Below the pieces are notes generated by a model. It was not told the origin of the DNA, did not search any database, and saw only the letters and a list, made by a program, of their open reading frames with translations. 64,000 nucleotides of DNA, taken from the IMG/VR virus record IMGVR_UViG_3300017917_001996, positions 186,290 to 250,289 of that record; one strand, given 5' to 3'. A program made the position numbers and the translations under genes. Below, in pieces: positions 10,368-19,620 of this stretch. Position 1 is the first letter of the stretch, and the number at the start of each line of letters is the position of its first letter.

Positions 10368-10769
10368 ATGAAAAAAGTGTTTGTTAACGGCTCCTTTGAT
10401 TTATTACATCCTGGGCACATTAAGTTATTAAATACTGCTCGTAGTCTAGGTGACTATCTAATGGTAGCCATAGACTCTGATCGACGAATAGCCGAAAAGA
10501 AAGGTCCAGACCGTCCTGTTAACAATCAATTTACTAGATACGTTTTGATGAGCAACATCAAAGCAGTTGATCAAGTTGTTGTTTTTGACAGCGACAGTGA
10601 ATTAGAAGATATTATTAAAAATTTTCAACCAGACATTATGATGGTAGGCAGCGACTGGCGAGGACGTACAGTAATTGGATCGCAGTATGCAGGCCATTTA
10701 GAGTTTTTCGAAAGACAAGATGATTATTCAACTACCAGTATACTCCAAAATTATATTAATCGGAGATAA
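10368..10769 (+). CDS. rfaE2: Heptose-1-phosphate nucleotidyltransferase (HldE/RfaE domain II-like)
   Basis: NGSFDLLHPGH HIGH motif, KKGPDRP, YSTT; start moved to MKKVFVNG. Confidence 0.85.
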   Translation: MKKVFVNGSFDLLHPGHIKLLNTARSLGDYLMVAIDSDRRIAEKKGPDRPVNNQFTRYVLMSNIKAVDQVVVFDSDSELEDIIKNFQPDIMMVGSDWRGRTVIGSQYAGHLEFFERQDDYSTTSILQNYINRR

Positions 10770-11478
10770 CTGCATCGATCAATACCAATACGGCACTGTA
10801 GATCGTATTAGCCCTGAAGCTCCTGTTCCGGTGTTTAAGCCTGAATCAGAAGAATCTCGCCCTGGTATGGCTGCAAATGTTCAAAAAAACCTTGAAGCAC
10901 TAGGACTAACAGTGGATGCATATTTAGGTCCGGCAAGCACTAAAACAAGATTGATAGATACCAGGAGTCAACAGCATATTGTTAGAATTGATAACGATGT
11001 ACTGGCAGACCCAATTGATATATCAGGAATTGATTTCAAACACGCTCAGGCTGTGGTAATATCTGATTACAACAAAGGTTCAGTTACATACGACATGGTT
11101 GAACAAATTGTAGACCAATTTAAAGGACCTATTTTTGTTGATTCTAAAAAACACGAATTGGCAAGATTCGATGGATGCATTGTTAAGATAAATGAAAATG
11201 AATACCGTTCTAGAAATAGTATCAATGACAACTTAATTGTTACATTAGGTGCATATGGTGCTATGTGGAAACAGTACAACAATGAAGAATTCTTTGATGC
11301 AGAAAATGTAGAGATAGCTGATGTATGTGGAGCAGGTGACACCTTCCTTGCAGCTCTAGTTTATCAATATCTGAAATCAAAAAATATACCTGATGCGATT
11401 CGATTTGCTATCCGTGCCAGCGCAGTTACAGTACAACATATAGGAGTATATGCTCCTAGACTAGAGGAAATTAAATGA
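10720..11478 (+). CDS. rfaE1: Heptose-7-phosphate kinase (HldE/RfaE domain I-like, PfkB family)
   Basis: RISPEAPVPV, ISDYNKG, DVCGAGDTF. Confidence 0.88.
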   Translation: MIIQLPVYSKIILIGDNCIDQYQYGTVDRISPEAPVPVFKPESEESRPGMAANVQKNLEALGLTVDAYLGPASTKTRLIDTRSQQHIVRIDNDVLADPIDISGIDFKHAQAVVISDYNKGSVTYDMVEQIVDQFKGPIFVDSKKHELARFDGCIVKINENEYRSRNSINDNLIVTLGAYGAMWKQYNNEEFFDAENVEIADVCGAGDTFLAALVYQYLKSKNIPDAIRFAIRASAVTVQHIGVYAPRLEEIK

Positions 11479-11834
11479 CAAGACTAATGGGTCGAGTAGA
11501 AAAAGGTTGGGGTTCTGAAGAAATTTGGGCCACTAACGACAAGTATTGTGGCAAGCTAATGCACTTCAACACAGGTGCAAAATTCAGTATGCACTTCCAT
11601 GCTACAAAGGATGAAACTTGGTATGTTCTCAGTGGGCAGTTTAGTGTATTCTATATTGATACTAAAGATGCTACTTTACACGAAGCACAATTAAGTACTG
11701 GTGACACTTGGCACAATGCTCCGTTATTACCTCACCAGTTAGTATGCGTAGAAGCAGGTACAATTATTGAAGTCAGTACTCCGGACTCAGTTGAGGATAA
11801 TTATAGAGTAGCAAAAGGTGATAGTCAAAAATGA
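11475..11834 (+). CDS. Cupin protein (sugar-phosphate isomerase-like)
   Basis: KGWGSEEIW...SMHFH...KDETWYV...PHQL cupin motifs. Confidence 0.75.
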   Translation: MTRLMGRVEKGWGSEEIWATNDKYCGKLMHFNTGAKFSMHFHATKDETWYVLSGQFSVFYIDTKDATLHEAQLSTGDTWHNAPLLPHQLVCVEAGTIIEVSTPDSVEDNYRVAKGDSQK

Positions 11835-12142
11835 AATATATTGTAGACATTGATGGTACTATCTGTACCAACACTAAAGGTGATTATCAAAGTGCAGAAC
11901 CTTTTATGGACAGGATTTCATACTTCAATAATCTGTTTGACCAAGGGCACGAAATACATTATTGGACTGCTCGTGGGGGCAATTCGGGTATCGATTGGAC
12001 CACACTAACACAACAGCAATTTGCCAATTGGCAGGTGAAATACACTACATTGAAGTTGGGTAAGCCTGTTTATGATGTATGGATTGATGACAAGGCTTTT
12101 AACGGTGACACCTACTTTGAGGATGTTAAGCGTTACAGTTAA
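11831..12142 (+). CDS. Small HAD-family phosphatase
   Basis: DIDGT, WTARG, GKP...IDDKA. Confidence 0.8.
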   Translation: MKYIVDIDGTICTNTKGDYQSAEPFMDRISYFNNLFDQGHEIHYWTARGGNSGIDWTTLTQQQFANWQVKYTTLKLGKPVYDVWIDDKAFNGDTYFEDVKRYS

Positions 12143-12548
12143 CTTCGGCTACTTTAATTTTAGCCATAATAGTTTCTGAGTTAAAAGTTCTATTAACGCC
12201 AGGGTGTGTAGGTTTCGGAATAGAGGTCAATGGCACCCAAGCATAACCTACGTGTTCATTGTTTAACACAGGAACAAACTCGTACTCAACAGCAATAAAA
12301 AACGTATGGTAAACAAACTGTTCGTTGTTGCTGGTAAACATCTCAATGGGTACCATTTTAGGTGCAATGATAGTACCACCTAGTTCTTCTAGGATTTCTC
12401 TTTCTAGTCCCTGTGAAACAGTTTCGCCAGGGTTTATCTTTCCGCCTGGTAAACCCCATGTTGCTGACCAACTTCCTGACCCTCGTAACAAGAAAAGATA
12501 ACGCTGAGTATCTTTAGCATAAATCAGTGCGCCAACACCTTCGGTCAA
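12126..12548 (-). CDS. NUDIX hydrolase
   Basis: Nudix box GGKINPGETVSQGLEREILEELG; probable TTG start at 12548 overlapping the upstream stop, with GGAG SD. Confidence 0.85.
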   Translation of the reverse strand: MTEGVGALIYAKDTQRYLFLLRGSGSWSATWGLPGGKINPGETVSQGLEREILEELGGTIIAPKMVPIEMFTSNNEQFVYHTFFIAVEYEFVPVLNNEHVGYAWVPLTSIPKPTHPGVNRTFNSETIMAKIKVAEVNCNA

Positions 12549-13927
12549 GGCACGAAACTCCACGCCCCTGCGCCGTAACGTCCTTCCACTGATTTGGTCC
12601 ATTGATTGTCTTTCCATTTGTATTGAGTATTAGTTCTAAGGTTGGTTACGTATTTTACATTAGTTGAGGCATTACTGTCAAAGGAAACAGTCCACTTAGC
12701 ACCATCAAATTCAATAATATCATTGGTTTGAGCAATTAACTCAGGTTGACCTGGCTTGTGCCAAACGGCTGCGCCTTCGTCGTTGGCTGCATTGCCAATG
12801 TCATTGAGTATCAAATACCTTGTTCCAGCAGCTGGTGTAAGTAAATCAGAATCTACTTTAACGTTTAAAGGATCAATGATTGCAGTGACAGGAGCAAGGT
12901 TATTAGCCGGAAGAGTGTCAATGATAGGTGTAAACAATAATAATGTAGCATCGCTTGGATGATATGCTACAGTACCGACTACAGTGGTTCCTGCTTGACT
13001 TAGTCTGATTTGACTGATGCCGTTGGTTAATGTTCCGTAATCTCTAATAATATCGACCCATTTTATATCATTAGTAGTAAATGAAGTAGCACCTGGTATA
13101 AAATCACTGGTGTAATCTGATGTAGAAATTTTCAATGTGTTGCCTATATACAGAACACCATAATTCGAAGGTGTGTAGATTCGTCTAGACAGTAACGTTG
13201 ATTGACTTAGATCAAATGTACCAGCAGCATGGTCGATGGTATTATTTGAATCCCATATGCTTTCAATGATACGCTGTATGACGCCCATCTTTTTAACTTT
13301 AGCAGGTGCACTAAACCAAATTGGAATATCAAATGTTAATGTGGCTATGTCAATGGCGTCTTCGGCACCCATTGGAATTGTGCGGCTAGTAAAGTTAGTA
13401 TCGGTTAATGTAACGTAGGTTAAGCTGGTCCAGTCTACATAGTTGTCTGTGCTTTGTATTTCTAAACTTGGATTGAACAAAACTGAAATTTGTTCTAGTA
13501 ACTGTAACTTTTGCTCAGTATTACTGGTCCAGATATCGCATTTTAACGTCAGCATATATGGAACAGGCATTAATCTTTCAACTGTAATTAAGTCTCCCTG
13601 TTCGCTTGTAAACTCGCCTGCTTCATTAATAGCACGTTCACGAAGATGTACCTTGCTGACATGGAATGGTTCTTGCATTCTTTTTTGGTCATAGCGTAAT
13701 GCACTAATGTACACACTCATAGCAGGCACAGTTGGTGTACTGTTTTCGCTATTGTTGCGTAGAATCATAGCTACCTGGCGGCTGCCGTCACCGTAATATA
13801 TAGGTACCTGAAGTAGTGTAGGATTTCCTTGGTCATTGTATCCAATGGCCACTTGGAAATTACTCATCATCCTTATAAACTGCTGTAAGAATCTTCTTAT
13901 CTGCCCTGAGTAAAAATATGAATTCAT
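12545..13927 (-). CDS. Tail sheath stabiliser/terminator (T4 gp15-like)
   Basis: YFYSGQIRR...VPIYYG...PVPY...QLLEQI..FNP pattern; next to neck genes. Confidence 0.7.
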   Translation of the reverse strand: MNSYFYSGQIRRFLQQFIRMMSNFQVAIGYNDQGNPTLLQVPIYYGDGSRQVAMILRNNSENSTPTVPAMSVYISALRYDQKRMQEPFHVSKVHLRERAINEAGEFTSEQGDLITVERLMPVPYMLTLKCDIWTSNTEQKLQLLEQISVLFNPSLEIQSTDNYVDWTSLTYVTLTDTNFTSRTIPMGAEDAIDIATLTFDIPIWFSAPAKVKKMGVIQRIIESIWDSNNTIDHAAGTFDLSQSTLLSRRIYTPSNYGVLYIGNTLKISTSDYTSDFIPGATSFTTNDIKWVDIIRDYGTLTNGISQIRLSQAGTTVVGTVAYHPSDATLLLFTPIIDTLPANNLAPVTAIIDPLNVKVDSDLLTPAAGTRYLILNDIGNAANDEGAAVWHKPGQPELIAQTNDIIEFDGAKWTVSFDSNASTNVKYVTNLRTNTQYKWKDNQWTKSVEGRYGAGAWSFVP

Positions 13928-13932
13928 TTTAA

Positions 13933-15042
13933 TTATTTGTAATCAGCACGAGGTTTCAATACTTCGTGTAAGTTTTGTTTTTCGTTGTGCGTATTACCAT
14001 TCTTATCAACAAAGGTATTGCTATTGTTGATAAAGGTGTTACGTAGTGTATCATTACCATCGACACCATTGGTCAAATTGGTTCTTACAGAATCTTCGAT
14101 CTTAATCCAACGACGGCCGTCATATCTAAATAACCTATTTGGCATGTAATCAACACGCAGGCAGTAATCTCCTGTTGCAGGATTAGCTGGAAAACTAATA
14201 CCAGAGGTCATTGGTAAACCGTTTGGTGTTGAACCATCGCCAGTTAGATAACCTTTAACTGAAAAGTCCGGTGTTTCTGCGTTTTTAGATTTATGATAGA
14301 TAGGAATAGTGTCGTATCCACTGCGTGGAACTTCAGTTTCTGCTTGTTCAACAATAGCGTCATTGATAAATTTATAGTTGTTGTAGGTACTAATCAAATC
14401 ACCTAATGGTGTAGAATCAGGTTCGCCATCACCATCTGTGTCCACTGTCTTAATATTCTTAAGTATGTCTTTGTATTCTTGGCTATCTACTAGAGGATTT
14501 AATTTAACACGCCAAATGTGTGGCCACCAAGTTGCGCTAAATCCTTCAGAACTTCTAGTACAGTCGCTGACCACAAAGAAACGTTTTAGTGCAGCAGGTA
14601 AATCTGGGTTCAGCGCATCATAATCAGTTAGGTGTACTAACTCAAGTACGTCGCCGTTCATGATCCTACGCCCTAGAGTTTCAACCATGTCATTTAAGTG
14701 AAATGACATGAATAGAGTACCTGTTTGTAAAAATAAACCAAATTGCGTTAGATCAAAGTCATTGTCGCTAACGGTGTAAATACCTCGTAGGCTGTAAACA
14801 CTGGTATCGTATTTGCGATCTCTGTTTTCCAAAAATAGTAAATCTTGGATGTTGAGTTCGCTTTGTGTAGTGTACGCAGGCCTAGTAGCATCTCCGGGTG
14901 GTTGATTGCTAGCTGCGGCACCTAGATATTTGTGTACTAAGATAGACGTACCGCCGATAAAAAACATCTCTGACATTCTGCGGTCAAAGAATTTGTAATC
15001 GTTTGTATGTTTGCCGTCTTTCCAAAGTGATAAACGTGGCAC
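13933..15042 (-). CDS. Neck/head-closure protein (gp14-like)
   Basis: DLLFLENRDRKYD, LTQFGL, GDVLEL; late promoter; position between gp15-like and gp13-like genes. Confidence 0.6.
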   Translation of the reverse strand: MPRLSLWKDGKHTNDYKFFDRRMSEMFFIGGTSILVHKYLGAAASNQPPGDATRPAYTTQSELNIQDLLFLENRDRKYDTSVYSLRGIYTVSDNDFDLTQFGLFLQTGTLFMSFHLNDMVETLGRRIMNGDVLELVHLTDYDALNPDLPAALKRFFVVSDCTRSSEGFSATWWPHIWRVKLNPLVDSQEYKDILKNIKTVDTDGDGEPDSTPLGDLISTYNNYKFINDAIVEQAETEVPRSGYDTIPIYHKSKNAETPDFSVKGYLTGDGSTPNGLPMTSGISFPANPATGDYCLRVDYMPNRLFRYDGRRWIKIEDSVRTNLTNGVDGNDTLRNTFINNSNTFVDKNGNTHNEKQNLHEVLKPRADYK

Positions 15043-15065
15043 AATAATGTCCTTAGAGTATTAAT

Positions 15066-15072
15066 TATTTAT
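15066..15072 (-). promoter_or_regulatory. Late promoter ATAAATA for the gp14-gp15-NUDIX unit
   Basis: Match to T4 late consensus upstream of AAGGA SD and GTG 15042. Confidence 0.6.
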
Positions 15073-15075
15073 GGT

Positions 15076-15104
15076 TTGACAGGCTAACCGTTTTAGTGTA
15101 TAAT
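15076..15104 (+). promoter_or_regulatory. Sigma70-type promoter, leaderless to ATG 15112
   Basis: TTGACA-17-TATAAT, ATG 7 nt downstream. Confidence 0.8.
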
Positions 15105-15111
15105 TACAGTT

Positions 15112-15378
15112 ATGGACGACTTAGAAGCTGCAAAACAACGTTATGAAGCAATTTTGCCTGCGGCTACTGCAATTCGCAGTTCCAACGTCTGGATTGACTT
15201 ACGTAGGATGACTCGAAATTGTGTCAAAATCTTGGATGAAATCAGCAAAGAAAGTGTTGTTTGTAGACAACGGCATACGGTCACTGCAAAATATAATACT
15301 TTAGTTAAAGATTATGTAGAAGCTGTAGATGTACTAGAAAAGTACGTAATGCTGGCACACCTATCTGGAGCCAGTTGA
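15112..15378 (+). CDS. Hypothetical protein
   Basis: 88-aa ORF directly after a consensus promoter. Confidence 0.75.
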   Translation: MDDLEAAKQRYEAILPAATAIRSSNVWIDLRRMTRNCVKILDEISKESVVCRQRHTVTAKYNTLVKDYVEAVDVLEKYVMLAHLSGAS

Positions 15379-15403
15379 CACCCTGTCCAAAAGGCTATAT
15401 AAT
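15375..15403 (+). promoter_or_regulatory. Sigma70-type early promoter
   Basis: TTGACA-17-TATAAT, then CAGGAG SD and ATG 15428. Confidence 0.85.
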
Positions 15404-15427
15404 ACAGTATTCACAACAGGAGTTCAC

Positions 15428-16585
15428 ATGGCTACAGTTGCCGGCGTTAAAATTAAGACCAAAGTGCCCAAGGCACGCAACCCGATCTTCTTTGACGAAA
15501 AGTACACTGGTGGTGAGCCCACATGGCCTGCTGAAGCCAAAGACTGGCCCGAAGATAAATTTGATAGCCGACTTCGAAAGAGTTTTTATTACTACAATTA
15601 TTACTACAGTCAGAAAGACTGCAAGAAGTATGTTGTAGAATGGATGAAGTCTACTACAGAGTTTGACCGTGACGAAGTTCGTGCTTTTGAGCGAGCTAAC
15701 GACAAATGGTTACCTATGACAGCCTGTAGCCTAATTATGGCACATCGCCAAGGTATGCCTTTGCGTCCACGCCACATCGAGTTTTTGGACAAGTGTATTC
15801 TGGAAGTCATTGAGCGTAGCAAGGGCGAACCACAGGAAGAAGATGCAGTAGCAACACCTGCCCAGGTTGCAGCCAAACCTACTATCCAAGATCGTCTTAA
15901 TGAAAAAACCAGTGAGCTAATTGGTGAGCTTGAAGGCAAATACGACGAGCTCGAAGGCACAAAATTCTATGATTGGTTTGTAGCCAATAACGTTGTGCAA
16001 AGCCAACTTGGCAAGTATGAAGCGGTCTACACCAAGCGTAAAGCTGAACTCGAAGAAGCACAAAGCAAAAAGGATGCACAGCTCAAAGAAGCCTATGCAC
16101 ATTACAAAGCCTCAGACTTTAAAAAGCACATTTCCTGGATCGATGATCTGCTAACTGCTATCGAGCAATACCGCGGTGTCAAGAAAGCGGCCAAGAAGGC
16201 ACGAGTTAAAAAGGCACCTAGCAAAGAGAAAATGGTTGCCAAGCTCAAGTACGCCAAAGAGAACAAAACTCTTAAGGTTGTTAGCATTAATCCCGCTGAT
16301 ATTGTTGGCAGTGGCGAACTTTGGGTGTATAACCTTAAAACACGCAAGTTGGGCAAGTATGTAGCCGCAAGCTACCAGACTCTGGGCATTAAAGGTACAA
16401 GTATCACAGGGTACGATGTAGATAAGAGTGTGGCCAAGACCCTACGCAAGCCCGAGGAACAGCTCAAAGAGTTTGCCAAAGCGGGTAAAGTAGCTCTTCG
16501 TACATATCTAAAAGATATTAAGGCTGTTGAAGTTAAGCTAAACGGACGTATCAGCGAAGATGTTCTACTGCTAAAAGTGGCCTAA
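15428..16585 (+). CDS. Conserved basic phage hypothetical protein
   Basis: 385-aa ORF with good SD; C-terminal LWVYNLKTRKL...KTLRKPEE domain recalled from T4-like phages. Confidence 0.75.
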   Translation: MATVAGVKIKTKVPKARNPIFFDEKYTGGEPTWPAEAKDWPEDKFDSRLRKSFYYYNYYYSQKDCKKYVVEWMKSTTEFDRDEVRAFERANDKWLPMTACSLIMAHRQGMPLRPRHIEFLDKCILEVIERSKGEPQEEDAVATPAQVAAKPTIQDRLNEKTSELIGELEGKYDELEGTKFYDWFVANNVVQSQLGKYEAVYTKRKAELEEAQSKKDAQLKEAYAHYKASDFKKHISWIDDLLTAIEQYRGVKKAAKKARVKKAPSKEKMVAKLKYAKENKTLKVVSINPADIVGSGELWVYNLKTRKLGKYVAASYQTLGIKGTSITGYDVDKSVAKTLRKPEEQLKEFAKAGKVALRTYLKDIKAVEVKLNGRISEDVLLLKVA

Positions 16586-16595
16586 GAGTACCCTG

Positions 16596-16648
16596 TACAG
16601 TCCTGTTACAAGTATAAGTTTTTGACTAAATACTTGAACAGGATTGTA
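16596..16648 (+). promoter_or_regulatory. SD-sequestering hairpin with internal late promoter (TAAATA 16627-16632)
   Basis: TACAGTCCTGTTACAAGTAT pairs with ATACTTGAACAGGATTGTA (one G-U, one bulge). Confidence 0.75.
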
Positions 16649-16653
16649 TTTTT

Positions 16654-17787
16654 ATGGCTACAATTAAACCCGGTTTAGACCCAATCACCAAAACACTTAC
16701 AGCAGACAGCCTTGGTGGCCCAGGGCCTATTGCCTTTGACGAAACCACAGTTACTGCACTTGACACTAAGCGTAACGAAATAATTGATTACATCAGGTTG
16801 CGTCTCGGCGACGGAATGGTCGATGTTGAATTAGATTCCGATCATTACTATTTGGCAATTAAAAATGCCTTGATTAAGTATCGTCAAAAAGCGCAAAATG
16901 CATACGAAGAAAGCTATGCATTTTTAAACTTGTTGCCCGAAACACAAGAATACATTCTACCACAAGAAATAATTACAGTCAGACAAGTATTTCGTAGAGG
17001 CATTGGTAGTATCACTGGTACCACTGCAAGTCAGTTTGAACCTTTTGCATCGGGTTACTTGAACACTTACATGTTGGTAGCAGGCCGCGTCGGTGGCTTG
17101 TTAAACTATGATCTGTTTGTGCAGTATCAAGAGCAAGCTATGAAGATGTTTGGTGGTTTTATGAATTTCCAATGGAATTCAGTTAGCAAGAAATTAACCT
17201 TGGTACGTAAGATTCCAGACACTGGGCACACTTACGTAAGATTAAACTCTTTGACTGCTAGCGGAACAGCAGCCGGTAGCACAATAACTATCGTTACTGA
17301 AGATGTTTGGAATGTTAGTGTAGGCAATAGTCTAGTAATCACCAATTGCCGAGTCAAAGGTTACAATGGTACCTATCAAATACAAACAGTCGATCTAGTT
17401 AATAAGACTGTCACTATTACTGCTAACGGCGAATTACAGGATACTTCGGTAGTTACATTTGATCTAAGAAGCACACAAGTTTGGAGCCCGACCACCGACG
17501 TTCCAACTGAAACAGTTCTATTGCATACCTACAATTACAAACCTGATGTAATGTTGCTTAACGATCATTTAGTTTATCCTTGGTTACAGGAATATGCCTA
17601 TAGCTTTGCTAAAATGATGCTAGGCGAAGCACGTAGCAAGTTTGCACAAATTGCTGGCCCACAGGGTGGCACCACACTTAATGGTGATGCATTAAAAACT
17701 GAAGCACTAACTGAAATGCAAAAGCTCGAAGAAGAATTAAAGAACTATTCCGACGGTTCTATGCCACTAACTTGGGTAATTGGATAA
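16654..17787 (+). CDS. Neck protein (T4 gp13-like)
   Basis: DYIRLRLGDGMVDVEL; WLQEYA...GEARSKF...GPQGGTTLNG. Confidence 0.8.
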   Translation: MATIKPGLDPITKTLTADSLGGPGPIAFDETTVTALDTKRNEIIDYIRLRLGDGMVDVELDSDHYYLAIKNALIKYRQKAQNAYEESYAFLNLLPETQEYILPQEIITVRQVFRRGIGSITGTTASQFEPFASGYLNTYMLVAGRVGGLLNYDLFVQYQEQAMKMFGGFMNFQWNSVSKKLTLVRKIPDTGHTYVRLNSLTASGTAAGSTITIVTEDVWNVSVGNSLVITNCRVKGYNGTYQIQTVDLVNKTVTITANGELQDTSVVTFDLRSTQVWSPTTDVPTETVLLHTYNYKPDVMLLNDHLVYPWLQEYAYSFAKMMLGEARSKFAQIAGPQGGTTLNGDALKTEALTEMQKLEEELKNYSDGSMPLTWVIG

Positions 17788-18152
17788 TGAAAATAAATGA
17801 AATAATCACCGAAGGCAAGCATAGAGAACCCTTGCGTCCAATGCATCGTTTAGCTTTGGACAATCTTACACAGTACGACCAATTAGACAACAATGCTAAC
17901 CCTTATCTAGCATATCGATTTGGTGTAGCATTAGCTGGTAGCCCTTCTCAAGATATCGATCAACGTGGACCAATTGGTAGTAATTTCAACATGGTTGATT
18001 ACACCGATGCCGATGAAGAAATTCGAAAAGGTGCAGAAAAAGTTATGGGAATCAAGGCAAGTCGCAGCACAGGTCGAGGCTCCGAAGAGTTGCCATCTGT
18101 AAATACAACCAGTCCGGTGGCAAAACCTAAGAAAAACAAGTACGGCGTATAA
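17787..18152 (+). CDS. Putative internal head protein
   Basis: TAATG coupling; N-terminus MKINEIITE. Confidence 0.6.
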   Translation: MKINEIITEGKHREPLRPMHRLALDNLTQYDQLDNNANPYLAYRFGVALAGSPSQDIDQRGPIGSNFNMVDYTDADEEIRKGAEKVMGIKASRSTGRGSEELPSVNTTSPVAKPKKNKYGV

Positions 18153-18211
18153 CTTGACACTGCTCTTTATGTAAATGTTTAGTATCTTATCCACTTCGTA
18201 TAAATAATTAT

Positions 18212-18644
18212 ATGAGTGAAGAGATTTTTATTAAAATCTACTAGAAATAAAATGTCAAAATCTCAACTCAAACGTTTTCAAAAAAATAACGGAACTTTCC
18301 TCGGAAGGGCACACAGCGTTGAGACGCGAGCAAAAATGTCACAGAAAGCATCACGACCTAAATCAGACAAATGGAGAGAGAGTGCATCTAAGAATAGAAA
18401 AGGTAGACAGGCACATAATAAAGGTATTTTACATTCAGAAGAAACTAAGCAAAAAATAAGAGAATCAGTTAAAGGTGAAAAAAACGGATTTTATGGTAAA
18501 CACCATTCCGCTGAACAACGTGAAAAAAAACGACAGGAAAAACTTACATCTCCTAGACATACTTGTCCTCATTGTAGTAAAATAGTTGATGCAATGAATT
18601 ATGCTAGATGGCACGGCAATAATTGTAAAAAGAGGATTATATGA
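18212..18644 (+). pseudogene. NUMOD3/Zn-finger homing-endonuclease remnant without nuclease domain; apparent frameshift near the start
   Basis: HSVETRAKMS, HSEETKQKI, NGFYGKHHS, CPHC..NYARWHG..CK; ATG 18212 after TATAAATA is out of frame with the main ORF. Confidence 0.55.
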
Positions 18645-19249
18645 TATTAGGCTTAGTGGGTTTCATTGGTTCTGGCAAAGATACAGCAGCAGATTATCTA
18701 GTTAACTTTCACGAGTTCCAGCGTGAAAGTTTTGCCTCTACACTTAAAGATGCAGTGTCTAATGTGTTCGGTTGGAACAGAGAATTACTCGAAGGGCGCA
18801 CAAAGCATAGTCGAGAATGGCGTGAACAGCCCGATGAATGGTGGAGCAATCGACTAAACATGCATATTACTCCACGTTGGATATTGCAAAACTGGGGTAC
18901 TAATGTACTGCGACAGCATTTCCATGATGATATCTGGATTGCCAGCTTAGAAAACAAACTGCGCCAAAGTAAAAACAATGTGGTAATTAGCGATTGTAGA
19001 TTCCCTAACGAAATTACAGCACTACGACGCCAGGGTGGGCGTGTAATTTGGATCAAGCGTGGACACCTTCCTGTATGGTACGAGAATGCAGTATTAGCTA
19101 ACCAAGGCGATATCTATGCTATTGAGTATCTTGAAGAAAACAATATACATCCTAGCGAAACGTCGTGGGCAGGAACTAACTTTGATCAGGTAATTGACAA
19201 TAATGGGTCCATTGAAGACCTATATAGCCAACTTAAAAATCTGGTATAA
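18641..19249 (+). CDS. Deoxynucleoside monophosphate kinase (T4 gp1-like)
   Basis: GFIGSGKDT, SFASTLKD, TPRWILQNWGT, SDCRFPNE, HPSE. Confidence 0.9.
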   Translation: MILGLVGFIGSGKDTAADYLVNFHEFQRESFASTLKDAVSNVFGWNRELLEGRTKHSREWREQPDEWWSNRLNMHITPRWILQNWGTNVLRQHFHDDIWIASLENKLRQSKNNVVISDCRFPNEITALRRQGGRVIWIKRGHLPVWYENAVLANQGDIYAIEYLEENNIHPSETSWAGTNFDQVIDNNGSIEDLYSQLKNLV

Positions 19250-19574
19250 TTGGACCAGGCCGCCAACCAGTTTTTGTTATTTCTGCTTGGCAGTTCAAAC
19301 ACACTGTTTTTAAGTTAGCCCAATTGATGTTGTCTGTATTTCCGTCTGTATAGAACACATTTGACTGACTAAGGAACTTAAACTTAAACCCACAGCGGTC
19401 ACATTTATCAGATTTGCGGTAACCCGAGCGATACCAATTTGGTGCCTCGGGCTTTACCTTTTTTCCTCTGTGAATACAGCTAATGCAGGTTGTTCGATAA
19501 TAAGCCTTACCATTGCGGTAGTAGTTTAATGACACAGGATATTGTCGGCAAACAGGGCATATCTTTCTTTGCAT
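19233..19574 (-). CDS. Cys-rich, HNH-like zinc-finger protein
   Basis: Four CxxC pairs, DGN...NLKTVCLNC; start MQRKICPVC 5 nt after ATAAGTA. Confidence 0.65.
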   Translation of the reverse strand: MQRKICPVCRQYPVSLNYYRNGKAYYRTTCISCIHRGKKVKPEAPNWYRSGYRKSDKCDRCGFKFKFLSQSNVFYTDGNTDNINWANLKTVCLNCQAEITKTGWRPGPIIPDF

Positions 19575-19620
19575 ATACTTACTTATCCTTAAAGGACCAT
19601 GTAAAGGACCGCTAACCAGC

